Shown piece after piece: positions 13,201 through 24,600 of a stretch of 64,000 nucleotides of DNA; position 1 is the stretch's first letter, and the number at the start of each line of letters is the position of its first letter. Source of the stretch: Selaginella moellendorffii (Eukaryota; Plantae; Lycopodiophyta); the NCBI RefSeq assembly GCF_000143415.4, contig NW_003314270.1, positions 403,691 through 467,690 of the forward strand, written 5' to 3'. A model generated the notes under the pieces. It was not told the DNA's origin. It saw only the letters and a program-made list of their open reading frames with translations, and did no database searches. A program made the position numbers and the translations under genes.

Positions 13201-13665
13201 GACATTTAACTTGTTGACCATGACCTCGAGGGCATCCCCTACACTTGGCAGTGCACCCAAGCTAGCCCTTCCGGCCAAGGGTTCATAGCAACTTAAACTG
13301 GGTGTCCCCATCTCATTCACGTCTTTCTTGCACCAAAGTGTTCAAGTTAAATATGCTAAGCCACACTAAGTAATTTAACCATGCATCACAACTTTGGGGC
13401 ATCCCTTGCTTGGCAGTGTGCCCAAATTAGTTTCCTTCCTGAGAGTCCATGACCACCGAAAAATGAGTGTCATATTCCAAACCATCACCACGCTCTAGTG
13501 AGTTGGGACTCAAACCCAAGCACTAGAGGGTTGGGACTCAAACTCAACTTTCGTATATGCATCTACGGAAGGCATCACCCAGGATGCCTCGCGTGACTCC
13601 TCACGCTGGTGCACCAATATATATTTAAAGCGCCCTATAGATTACAACTTAGGAACTTAATTCTT
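10253..13665 (-). mobile_element. Family A LTR element, older copy (3' LTR 10253-12226 plus part of the internal region)
   Basis: Reverse complement of about 25810-29191; interrupts the Gypsy protease region. Confidence 0.85.
11409..11989 (+). mobile_element. Cassandra TRIM (LTRs 11409-11590 and 11796-11989 carrying 5S rRNA-derived sequence)
   Basis: TG...CA LTR pair; PBS TGGTATCAGAG (tRNA-iMet) at 11593; short non-coding interior. LTR segment GTTAAGTGTCCTTGGGTGTGAATAGTACTAGACTGGGTGACCTTCCGAGAAGTCC resembles the 5S A-box/IE/C-box. Flanks CTTAT/CTGAT. Confidence 0.9.
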
Positions 13666-16600
13666 AATTGGACAAAGCCAAAATGGAATTTTGCCAAGGC
13701 TAATGATGGGCATATAAAAGCCTATGAGTGGCAACATTAATCCCGGTGTGTGGGATTATAAGTTGAGCATACCCAGATTGAGGAACCACTCCCTAGGCTA
13801 TCAGGTAGGTTCATCCCTAAAAATACTTGCTACGGCATAGTAGAAAGTGCAAAACTATTCTTCTAATCTGGAGGAGAATAATCGAAGGTGTGAGGCCAAA
13901 AGCAAATAGTAAGGGAATAGAACCAAACCATAAAAATTGAATTGCATAACCAAGGGTGGTTATGCCAGTTGGGAGTGGAAAATCAAGTGGGTGCTCAAGC
14001 ATGTTGTTACTAACAACCGTGATACCATGGAGAGTCTAAAACATGGAATTATCCATGTTAAACCATATGGCAATTTAAAAACTTGCAAAAGAGAGGCCTT
14101 AGTAAGCTAAGGGACAGAGTTTCTTCAAAGGTTCCCAAAGACAATTCTAGGTAACTTAGTACCTAAAAAGTCAAGTGTAAATGGTTCATAGAATGTGTGA
14201 AATCAGAGTGGCACAGCAAAAGCATGGCCTTAAATCTTGCCATAACGCAATGCTATCAAAGTTGGGGAAGCAGTTCCCAAGTGCTCAAAGGGATGGCTTT
14301 GAATGAAAGTCGATGGTCGAGGACTTTTACGCTTGTGCATGAAACCATGTTACGTTGATCAGATGACTTGCTAAGTAAGATTGGCAAGTCAAGGAAACAA
14401 ATCCCCTAGTTGAAGGTGCCAACTTCAAAAGGGGTGGCCCATGGGGCCAAGCATGGAGGAGTTCATGCATGATCATAGACCTGTCAAGTGAGAGGACTTG
14501 GCAGTGCAAAGGAACTAGGTTCCTAAGCTGTGATTTGTAGCGCATTTAACTATAAGTTAGTGCACCAGCATAGGGAGTCACGCTAGGCATCTTGGATGAT
14601 GCCTTCCATAGATGCATATACGGAGGTTGGGTTCGAGTCCCAACCCTTTAGTGCTTGGGTTTGAGTCCCAACTCACTAGGGTGCAGTGATGGTTTGAAAT
14701 ATGAGGACACTCATTTTTCGGTGGTCATGGACTCTCAGTAATGAGACTGGCTTGGGCACACTGCCAAATGGGGGATGCCCCAGAGTCATGATGCACAGTT
14801 AGATTGCTTAGTGTGGCTCGGTATATCTAACTTGAACACTTTGGTGCGAGTGGCACCAAGGATGTGGTGAATGAGATGGGGACACCCAGTCTCAGTTGCT
14901 ATGGACCCTTAGCCGGAAGGGTTGGCTTGGGTGCACTGCCAAGTGTGGGGGATGCCCCTGGGGTTATGGTGAACAAGTTAAAAGTCTAGAAGACGCAAAC
15001 TTGTTAAGGTGTCAAGGTTAGATCACTAAGTGATCTCATGGCTAAAACAAGGATAAGGTCTTTATGAGGTTAAGGGATAAAGTTCCTAGTTCAAAGTGTT
15101 GATTTGAACTATTGATGATGGTGTGGCTTGGTCAAGGTGACCAAGTGGGAAGAACACATAAGGGAAATGATCTGTGACAATGCGATGGCATAATGAGTCC
15201 AAAGAAAAGTGTCTCTATAAGAAACCCATGGGAGGGTCACAAAGTTGGGCTAGGGATAGAGCCCATAGTAGAAAATGCTAAAGAGACGTACTAAGGGTGA
15301 ACACCCTCTGGACTTGGCAAAGCAAAGTCTTTCCTATAGAACCGAAAGGATACCTCGAGAATGGAGGTAGCGATCCGATGTTGCTAGGTGCAACAATCAA
15401 GTATAGGAGCAAAAGACTAGTGGCTAAGAAAAAAGTCATGGGAGTCTTGGGAAAGAATCCAAAAAGGCAAAGTTAAGCCAAGAACACTAATGTGTTGAGT
15501 GCTAACAAATTGTGGGAAAGGCAATGTGTCTCCAAGGATGAATTTCCAATTGCTCCAATTTGGCAAAAGCAGAAACCCCAAGACAGAGAGTGGTAAAGTA
15601 GCCAAATAATAAGGCCATGGACAACCTTAACACAAATTATGATAATTAGAACTTAGTGCCCAAAGTGGTACAAAATAGAAAAAAGGATGATGATGCCCTC
15701 AAGTAAAGAACTTCTTAGGATGGGGAAGTGGAGTTGCACAATATGTGCAATGCAAGGTGTTGAAAACACCTAAGAAATTGATTTCAAGAAGTCAAAAGTA
15801 AAAGTTCTAAAGTGCAAAGGTTATATCAATGGAAACTAAGACTACTCAAGAAGAAGTAGTGGGATTGAGATGGAGACGGTGTCTCTAACAAGTTTAGTGA
15901 GAACTAAACCAACAAAAGGAGAGAACTATCACAAATGGTCCAATCAATCTCTAAGTTGGAGAGATTATTCTCCTTAGAGGATGGGCAAGGCATGGTGAGC
16001 CTTCGATATCAAATCATTGACAAATATTGGCAAGGTGCCAAGAATGGAAAGGGTAATACATGTTGGTATTACTTTATAAAATAGTTTATCGTTCGATAAG
16101 GACATCAAACTTCGTCTATAGGTGGTGGAGTTGTGAAACACAAAATCCTTAGGCCCCAAAGTGGAGCTGGAAAGGTGCCATGTGGTAGTAGCCGAAGCAA
16201 AAGCTATACGAGTGTAACATGTTTGGACCAAAAGCTCTAACTTGAAAGGTTGAGAGCGGGAATGGAACTCTTAACGAAGTGCTTGAGGAACAAGCACGAA
16301 GTGAGTGATAAGTGAGTCTCTAGAAAAGGGACACGAGATGGACCCGAGATGGACCCGAGATGGAGTCTGAGATGGAGTCCGAGATGGACCCGAGATGGAG
16401 TCCAAGATGGACTCGAGATGGAGTTCGAGATGGACCCGAGGTGGAGTCCGAGATGAAGTTCGAGATGGACCCGAGATGGAGTCTGAGATGAACCCGAGAT
16501 GGAGTCTGAGATGGAGTTTGAGATGGAGTCTGAGATGGAGTCCGAGATGGAACCGAGACTGAGACCGAGACTAAGTCCGAGTCTGAAATCGAGACCGAGA

Positions 16601-17637
16601 TCAAGTCCGAATACTAATACAGGCTATTGGGTGAAAGCCCAAAGCAATCATCCCCTAAGGGGAGGGGCGGGGGGGGGGGGTTTCCAAAGTATAGTAAGGA
16701 GAGTGTGGGGGTTGGAGCCCAGTGGAGCCAGTTTGGCCAAGAAAGGCTAGTTTGGCCCAGGAAGGTTGTACCCAGGTGTTGGGTGATGAGCTGACCATTG
16801 GGAAGTCCAAGACTAGAGTGAATAGGGACCGACAAACAGGGTAACTTGGTGAAGTGTTCAAAAGCCAACTCTAGTTCCCCTAGGAGATTATATGGTCAAT
16901 GCTCCCAGTCCAAGTGTGGGTGGCACTACCTACTTGGATACCTGGCGTGGCTCAACAGAACCTCACTCTAAGCCCATGGCTAAAGCACCCAAAGGTGGAA
17001 AGCGGGGAGAGTACCCATGAGGCTCACGTAGGGCCACAGTGTTCCGAAATGTTGTCCCAAAGGCCCAGACTGTGGAAAGGAAGAGGAGTAGTCCTCTGGT
17101 GTAGTGACCAAGGATACAGTCGTGTGGTGAGGAAGTCCCAGAGGACCGTGGGACTTAGTGGTCGGGCCTGTGGGCCTCGATTTAGTGGCAGTGTTGGCAA
17201 ATACGGCCATAGGCAGAAAGGGACTTGGTGGGGACCGGAAAAGGGATATTGGGGAAAGCTATTCCCCATATCTGCAAGCATCCTAAGGATACTAAGAAGT
17301 GGATCTGGGATGATCACTCATGGATGGATGGCTCAGTCTTTGAGAGGTGGGACTATGATGTAGGTGGTGTTAGATCACTGGTGTGACCAAGGTGAATGGG
17401 CATGGCCTTAACATAACGAGCTGATATGTTGGTGGTACCTTGCGATGTCGGTTATGGGATCGGACATATGGAGCACTTGAACCAAGTGCAATGGTTGAGT
17501 GGCATGGATACCAATCTTGGGGCTAGCAAGTCCCTAAGTCCAAAAAAAGATTTACGGAGGTTGTGAGTGAAACTCCTCCAAATGGTCAGAGGTGTGGTTA
17601 AGTGACTAAAATAGAATGGAAAATTTGGTTGCTTATA
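13666..17637 (+). mobile_element. Family A partial copy (internal region plus 3' LTR 16132-17637)
   Basis: Colinear with about 24955-29191; PPT GGTGGTGGAGT before TGTGAAACAC. Confidence 0.85.
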
Positions 17638-17864
17638 TATTCGCTAGGAACTTAGTCCCTTGGGCCTTATTTAATGCCCTCATAATACTAAACACCACTT
17701 CCTGGTGTTTTAGAGTGTTTGGGTGTTCTAATGATGGCTTTTTTTAAGAATGAGCATTCCTTTCATGACATGGACTTACTATATCGCAATATAAGTAATT
17801 TATCCCCTATAAGGGTATTTCTAACTTCCTTATCCCAATAAGAAATCTTAAGTAATTAATGATA

Positions 17865-18125
17865 TCAACTAATGAAGTGGAGTACTTGGCAGCTATCAGT
17901 GTCATGAAGTTGGCAATAAATCTCAAGTTTATATGAGCCACTTTCATTGGAGATGCACAACTTATCATACGCCAACTTACTGGAGAATACCAGGTTTGCA
18001 AAGAGAACCTGAAAAAGCTATAACAATGTGCAGTCAACCTAAAGGATGAGTTCTCTCATGTGACGTTTCAAAGTGTCCATCATAAAGAAAACTTTTGGGC
18101 ATACAAATTATCACATCAAGTAATC
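17865..18125 (+). pseudogene. Ribonuclease H-like fragment (retroelement RNase HI type)
   Basis: Reads TNEVEYLAAISVMKLA...FIGDAQLIIRQLTGEYQVCKENL...VTFQSVHHKENFWAYKLS, with stops. Confidence 0.7.
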
Positions 18126-19476
18126 ACCACAATGCAAGAAGCAAAGGATGCTCCTAGCTCTTTAATTTCCAATATTGTCTCACTCCATCTTTTGTTTTCC
18201 ACCCTCAGGCAATGCATCCCCTCTTTTATCTTTCTTTCTTTCTTGATTTTGGCCAATCCTTAGAGCATATTTGAAGTCATCACAAAGCTACATTTGCATA
18301 TTACACATTTATGAGCCGGAATTTAGATAATGGTTAAGCTATTTAGTATTCATTCTTTTTCTTCTATTTTTTATTCACTTTCCACACACTTTTTCTTTTA
18401 CATTAGGGTCCAATTTGACTACAGGGTTTCTCATTGGGTTTCTCCTTATCTTCAAACTCTCATTGGTTTCTCATTGGTTCCTCCTTATCTTCAAACTCCA
18501 CACCTACCTCTTTTCTTTCTTTTTCCACTTTGTTTTCTAGAGTGTCTATTAGGTCACATAGTTACCAGCATTTGGCATCAGCATCAGAGGTATACTTTAC
18601 ACTCTTCGGAGGTGTCTCGCACGTTGGAGCCAATGCAATCCACCATGGTTGTATATTAGGGCATGGGAGAGAGTGAGAGAGAATATTCCAATTCCTAGAA
18701 TATTCCTCATCCTCCTTGTATAAAACCTTTGCCCCACAAAGGCAAAAGAGGGGCATTTATGGAGAAGATTGGAGGATTTTTTCATGTTTGAGCAAGCGTT
18801 GGGAGAGTGCTCTTCATTTCCTCAACAGGATTTAAGTACTATAAGAAAGAATTGCATTGGATTTGCATAGGAGAAGCTTTGATGCTAGAAAAATCCATAC
18901 TTTAAACAAAATAAAAACTCCATTGAATTACTAGTGGAGTTTTATGCAGTATTTAGAATAGAGTTATAAAAGAGATTTAGCTATCTTTCAAGTATTTGTG
19001 AGAAAAATTGACAGCTTGTAGCTTTAGGCTGTAGCTATATGCCATAATTGTGATTATCATTTAAATTTTATAATTAAATCCAATCACTAATATTATAATG
19101 CATTTAGAAGATTTTTTCTCATGCTGTTACAAGTTACAAGCCACTCCAATCTAAGATTTCTAGAATCACAATGCTATCTATGGTATACAACCTACAAGTG
19201 GGAAACCATGATTCTATATTGTGCAGAACATTTATCAATTACACAAAGAACACGTGGAAATTGAAAATATATACTATGTTCTCTTTCAGGTGTTTAGACC
19301 AATGCAGAGTCAGGCCCCACATAAATGATATTTCTTAACAATAGTTTTCCATAGTTCTAAGTATAAAAGTGGGTTAATTATCTTAAAATATTTATATCAA
19401 AGAATTAGAACTATAATTTAAATAGATTTTTTTAAAGTTTTAAAAATAAATAATAATATTAGTCTAAAAGATTAAT

Positions 19477-20478
19477 ATGTTCTATAAAGGTTCAAAACAA
19501 TTTTATATTTTTATCTTTCTATATTCATTAAATATATTTTTAATATTTGCAACACCTCCAATCACTATTCCTGTTCCAGCTAATGAGCCTACTATAATAT
19601 ATGCTAAAAATCCCTCTATCAATGTTAATCCCTTTACCCGCCTTATGAGACATGCTTTAACATATGTTTCTTCAAATTTTCTTAATAATCAAACATATCC
19701 ATCTGGAATACGAAGTCTTGTTATCAGGTTCTACCAATCAGGATTCAATGTTACTGTAAATCTATATATCTTAGATCCTGGAGTAATTGGTCAAGAGAGT
19801 CTTATACAATATGATTGCACTACTGATCCAATAAATCAATTAGGCTTTCAAGGTAGTGAGGTGAGAACCATTTTTGAAAGGATCCTAACATTCATTCGAA
19901 CAAGAGCTGCAGCAGATATATATGGAATAACTTTTTATGGAGAAGTTCGTGTTGTTTTCCTCAATCTCATGATTGACTATGAGATCACTATCCCACTTCC
20001 TAAGCTTCCCCAAGCTATATTAATACACATAAATATTACTGAAGACCATAAATCTAATATAATTCCACAGGTACAAATAACAGATCCACATAAAAATTGT
20101 TGGGCATTTTCAACCATACTAATTGGTCAGAAGGCTGATATTCTAGGCTCAACTATTGAAATTGAAAACAGTTTAACTTCACCAAATCGAAAATTCAGAC
20201 TAACTTTGAAGAGTGATTGCAAGCTAAAATTGTATAGAATGGGGTATAGCATCCCACTTTGGATCAGTGAACATAATTATAAGCCACATCAAGGTTGTTA
20301 TGCACATTTACAGCAAGATGGAAATTTTGTTACTATGGCAGATAACAAAATTTATTGGGCTAGTAATAGGTATTGTATTCCACAACCTTCATGTAAAATC
20401 ACAACAAAATTAGTTGTTAGTAATCATGGAAATATTATTATTTATTGGAAGGGCCAAGTTTTATGGAAAGCCTTGTGA
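19477..20478 (+). CDS. 333-aa intronless protein: N-terminal signal/hydrophobic segment, unknown domain, C-terminal bulb-type (GNA-like) lectin domain
   Basis: Uninterrupted ORF in AT-rich DNA. LTSPNRKFRLTLKSDCKLKLY...LW, CYAHLQQDGNFV...YWASN and LVVSNHGNIIIY...VLW are the three B-lectin repeats. Confidence 0.8.
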   Translation: MFYKGSKQFYIFIFLYSLNIFLIFATPPITIPVPANEPTIIYAKNPSINVNPFTRLMRHALTYVSSNFLNNQTYPSGIRSLVIRFYQSGFNVTVNLYILDPGVIGQESLIQYDCTTDPINQLGFQGSEVRTIFERILTFIRTRAAADIYGITFYGEVRVVFLNLMIDYEITIPLPKLPQAILIHINITEDHKSNIIPQVQITDPHKNCWAFSTILIGQKADILGSTIEIENSLTSPNRKFRLTLKSDCKLKLYRMGYSIPLWISEHNYKPHQGCYAHLQQDGNFVTMADNKIYWASNRYCIPQPSCKITTKLVVSNHGNIIIYWKGQVLWKAL

Positions 20479-21244
20479 ACTATAAATTTAATTGATTTAC
20501 CTCATTATGTTTGGCAGCAGCCTTTAAGCACTGTTAAAGCACCAAAAAGCATGACAAAGAGCATTTTTTATTTAAACAGACTAATTTACTTTGTAATTGT
20601 ATATGATACAAAATTGAGCTTCAAAGAAATGTATAGTATACTACTATAATGTTATGGCCAAAATGATATTGTTAAATTAGTATTTTAAAAAACTAGAGTT
20701 CTTGTGAATCTAGAGAGCAATAGAAAACACAAAAAGATGGGAAGTGGAAGGAGAAAGGAAGGGAATGTTCTTTTCTAAGAGTGTATTTAAATGTGTAAAC
20801 TTAATAAAACAAGATATCATATTTAAGCAGATAGTACAACGAATAACATATATCTATATTTAATTCTGGATTTACATAAGCTGTATAAAATATAGAACCC
20901 ACTTGTGTATTCCTACCAGAAGGCAATGAGTGTTATAAAAATCTGATAAAAATTGAAGGTAAAATATCCATATTTATTTGCATTAGAAGTGCTCCATTAT
21001 CTCCATAATCCTCATAATGAAATATTTTTTGAGATAGAAAAATATGAAAAAGTAATTAATATGAAAAATGTATATTTCATTTATGAGAATGATTAGTATT
21101 TGTGATGCAATATTAATTGGATGGATTATTCAATCAAATCAAACAATCCATTTTGTATATATGATACTATTTAGTATTGACATATTAATTTATAAATAAA
21201 TCATCCAGTATTATAAAAGAAAAAATATAACATAAGTGGAGATG

Positions 21245-21628
21245 TTAATCACTCAGGATGCCTGGCGTGATTTCCTACACTAGTACACCGACTTATACCT
21301 AAAGTGCACTACGGATCACATCTTAAGAATCTAGTTTCTTTGAACTGCCAAGTCTTTTTATTTGACAAGTTTGTAATCATGTATAAACTCTTCAATGCTT
21401 GGCCTCATAAACCACCCCTTTTGAAGTTAATATTTTCAATTAGGATCTTTGTTCCCCCCGACTTGCAAATCTTACTTAGCAAGTCACTTGATTAGCATAA
21501 CATAGTTTTATACAAAAGTGTGAAAGTCTTTAACTATCAACTTTCATTTAAAGCCATTTTTTCGAACACTCAGGAACTAGTTTCTTAACTTTAATAGTTT
21601 CACCTTATAGCAAACTTCAAGACCATTC
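21245..21628 (-). mobile_element. Old family A internal fragment that hosts the young copy (continues at 29192-29600)
   Basis: Degenerate reverse complement of about 25090-25890, split at the CATTC TSD. Confidence 0.7.
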
Positions 21629-24600
21629 TGTGAGACACAAAATCCCTAGGCCCCAAAGTGGAGCCGGAAGGGCGCCACATGGTAGTGGCCGAAGCGAGAG
21701 CCAAACGAGCGTAACACGTTTGGACCAAAAGCTCCGACTTGAAAAGTCAAGAGCGGGAGTGGAACTCCCAATGAAGTGCTCGAGGAACGAGCACGAAGCG
21801 AGCAAAAGGCGAGGCTCCAAAAAGGGACCCAAAAGGACCAACACATGACACGTGGGAGTGTCCGAGATGGACTCGAGTTGGAGTCCGAAGTGGAGTCCGA
21901 GGTGGACCCGAGATGGACCCGAGTTGGAGTCCGAAGTGGAGTCCGAGGTGGACCCGAGATGGAGTCCGAGATGGAGTCTGAGATGGAGTCCGAGGTGGAC
22001 CCGAGATGGACCCGAGTTGGAGTCCGAAGTGGAGTCCGAGATGGACCCGAGATGGAGTCCGAGATGGAGTCCGAGATGGAGTCCAAGGTGGACCCGAGAT
22101 GGACCCGAAATGGAGTCCGAGATGGAGTCCGAGATGGAGTCCGAGATGGAGTCCGAGATGGACCCGAGATGGACCCGAGATGGAGTCCGAGATGGAGTCT
22201 GAGATGGAGTCCGAGATGGAGTCCGAAGTCGAGACCGAGACCGGGACCGAGACCGAGACCGAGACCGAGATCGGGACTGAGACCGAGACCGAGGCCAAGG
22301 CCGAGACCGAGCCCGAGCCTGAGTCCGAGTCCGAATCCGAATCCGAGTTCGAGTCCGAGTCCGAGTCCGAGTCTGGAGCCTGAGAGGGTGAAAGCCCAAA
22401 GCGTTCGTCTCCCAGACCCTGGGGGGTTTGGTGAGCTCCAAAAGTATAGTAGGGGGAGGACTGCAGTGGAGCCAGTTTGGCCAGGAAAGGCCAGTTTGGC
22501 CCAGGAAGGCCGGACCCAGTGTTGGGTGATGAGCTGCCCACTGGGAAGTCCAAGACTAGAGTGAACACGGACCGACAAGCGGGGTAGCTTGGTGAAGTGT
22601 TCAAGAGCCGGCTCTAGTTCCCCCGGGAGATCGTCTGGCCGATGCTCCCAGTCCAAGTGTGGGTGGCACTACCTACTTGGATACCAGGCGTGGCTCAACA
22701 GAACCTCGCTCTAAGCCCATGGCTAGAGCACCTAAAGGCGATAGGTGGGGAGAGTACCCAGGTGGCTCGCGTAAGGCCACGGTGTTCCGAAATGTTGTCC
22801 CAAAGGCCCAGACTGTGGAAAGGAAGAGGAGCAGTCCTCTGGGGTAGTGACCAAGGACACAGTCATGTGGTGAGGAAGTCCCAGGGGACCGTGGGACTTA
22901 GTGGTCGGGCCTGTGGGCCTCGATCCAGTGGCAGTGTTGGCAAACACAGCCAGGGGCAGAAAGGGACCTGGTAGGAACTGAGAAAGGGACTTTGGGGAAG
23001 GCAATTCCCCAGGTCTGTGGGCATCCTAAGGATGCTAAGGAGTGGATCTAGGATGACCACTCGTGGACAGATGGCCCAGTCTTGGAGAGACGGGATTGTG
23101 ATGCAAGTGGTATTGGACCACTAGTGCAGCAAAGGTGAATGGGCATGGCCTTAGCGTAACGGGCCGAGATGTCAGTGGTACCTTTGGGTGTCGGTCTTGG
23201 GACTGGACACGTGGAGCACTTGGACCAGGTGCAAGTGTTGAATGGCATGGATGCCATTCTTGGGGCTAGCAAGTCCCAAGTCCTGAATTGGACTTATAGA
23301 GGTTGTGAATGAGACTCCTCCAAATGGTCGGAGGCATGGTTAAGTGATTAAAGTAGAATGGAAAAATTAGTCGCTTACAATTTGGTATCGGAGCAGTTCC
23401 TTAGTCCGACTTTTATTGGTGCTCAAGTATATCACCACTAGTGTTGGCATCGGAAGGTCCGAGGAGTGGGCCTATCCTTGAGGAGTAGCAAGTCTGGAAG
23501 ACATGGCTCTCCATTACAGTTCATGTGTGAACTTGTAGACGAGGTGGTGGATAGAAAAGGGCCAATAATGGAACGACTTTGGGATCTTGGGAACAGTGCA
23601 AGGTTTTCCTCATTGAGTTGAGGATGTGATCCGGATGAGCATTTGTCTCAGCAAATTGGCTTAGGTTGTTGTGGTAAACAACTAAAGTTGGGATCACGGG
23701 AAAGATAGAGACTCCAAAACAATAAAGGAGTCACAAGATTATCCTCATATAGTTAAGGTTGGTGCTCATGAATGTGAGACCAAAGGTAATGACCGTGGAA
23801 GGTCAAATACGGAAGAGGACTCAAGTCCTTGAAATGGTAGCCGGGGCTACCTCTAATAAATGCTGGAACAACCCAAGGAGTTGGGGGTGTATTAAGTGGA
23901 TGAGTTGGTATTCTCATCACATGGACAAGTAGTCCTAAGGGGCAAAGGTTGCCCCCAGAGAACAAAATCAAGTGTCGGAGTAACACTTGTGAAAATAGTC
24001 CTTTTGAGTAGGACCGGAATGCAAGATGTGTATTCCAGTGAGCTAGTGCCTCACAAGTAGGACCTTACGGGTCGGTGGATTAACCAAGTCCAAAACTGCT
24101 AGACGACTCAAGTAGAGTCAAGGGATGGTCCTAAAAAGGACTGAATGAAGCATTTGGACTGAGGTGCGTTGTACCCCACAAAGGATGGGGGGGGATCATA
24201 GGATCCAAGGATGAGAATAGAGAGTATCTCATCGATGGCAAAATGTGCCATGCTAAAGTTATAGGAAAGGTGTTCCCAGAAGAAAACAACTTTGACATAA
24301 AGTTGTGTGTGACCTCTATGGGGCAGTGCTAACAGATGGTTGGCATGAGAAAGAGCGGTGTTGGTCTTGGCAAAGACTTAGACACGAATGAAAATGTCAT
24401 AGAGGTAGGCTCGTGGAGCCGATGGTGTGGAGACACCAAATGTGCCAAGGTGTGATACCTTGAGGCTATGTTGGTGGGTTCATGAGAACCCCTTGCCAAA
24501 GGAATCCCAATGGAAATGGGAATGGCATAGCCTAAGCTGCAGAGCATGCAATTGGAGTGTGGTGACCCAGATAGTGATGGAGGTGTGAAAGCACCAAGCA

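Noticed and set aside
21860-22380. CRISPR-like array
   Set aside because: No unique spacers, eukaryotic LTR context and no cas genes.
21617-22656. 260-340-aa ORFs in several frames (also 27378-28468, 55746-56651, 60135-61178)
   Set aside because: Produced by stop-free 6/11/12-bp tandem repeats inside LTR A; open on both strands.
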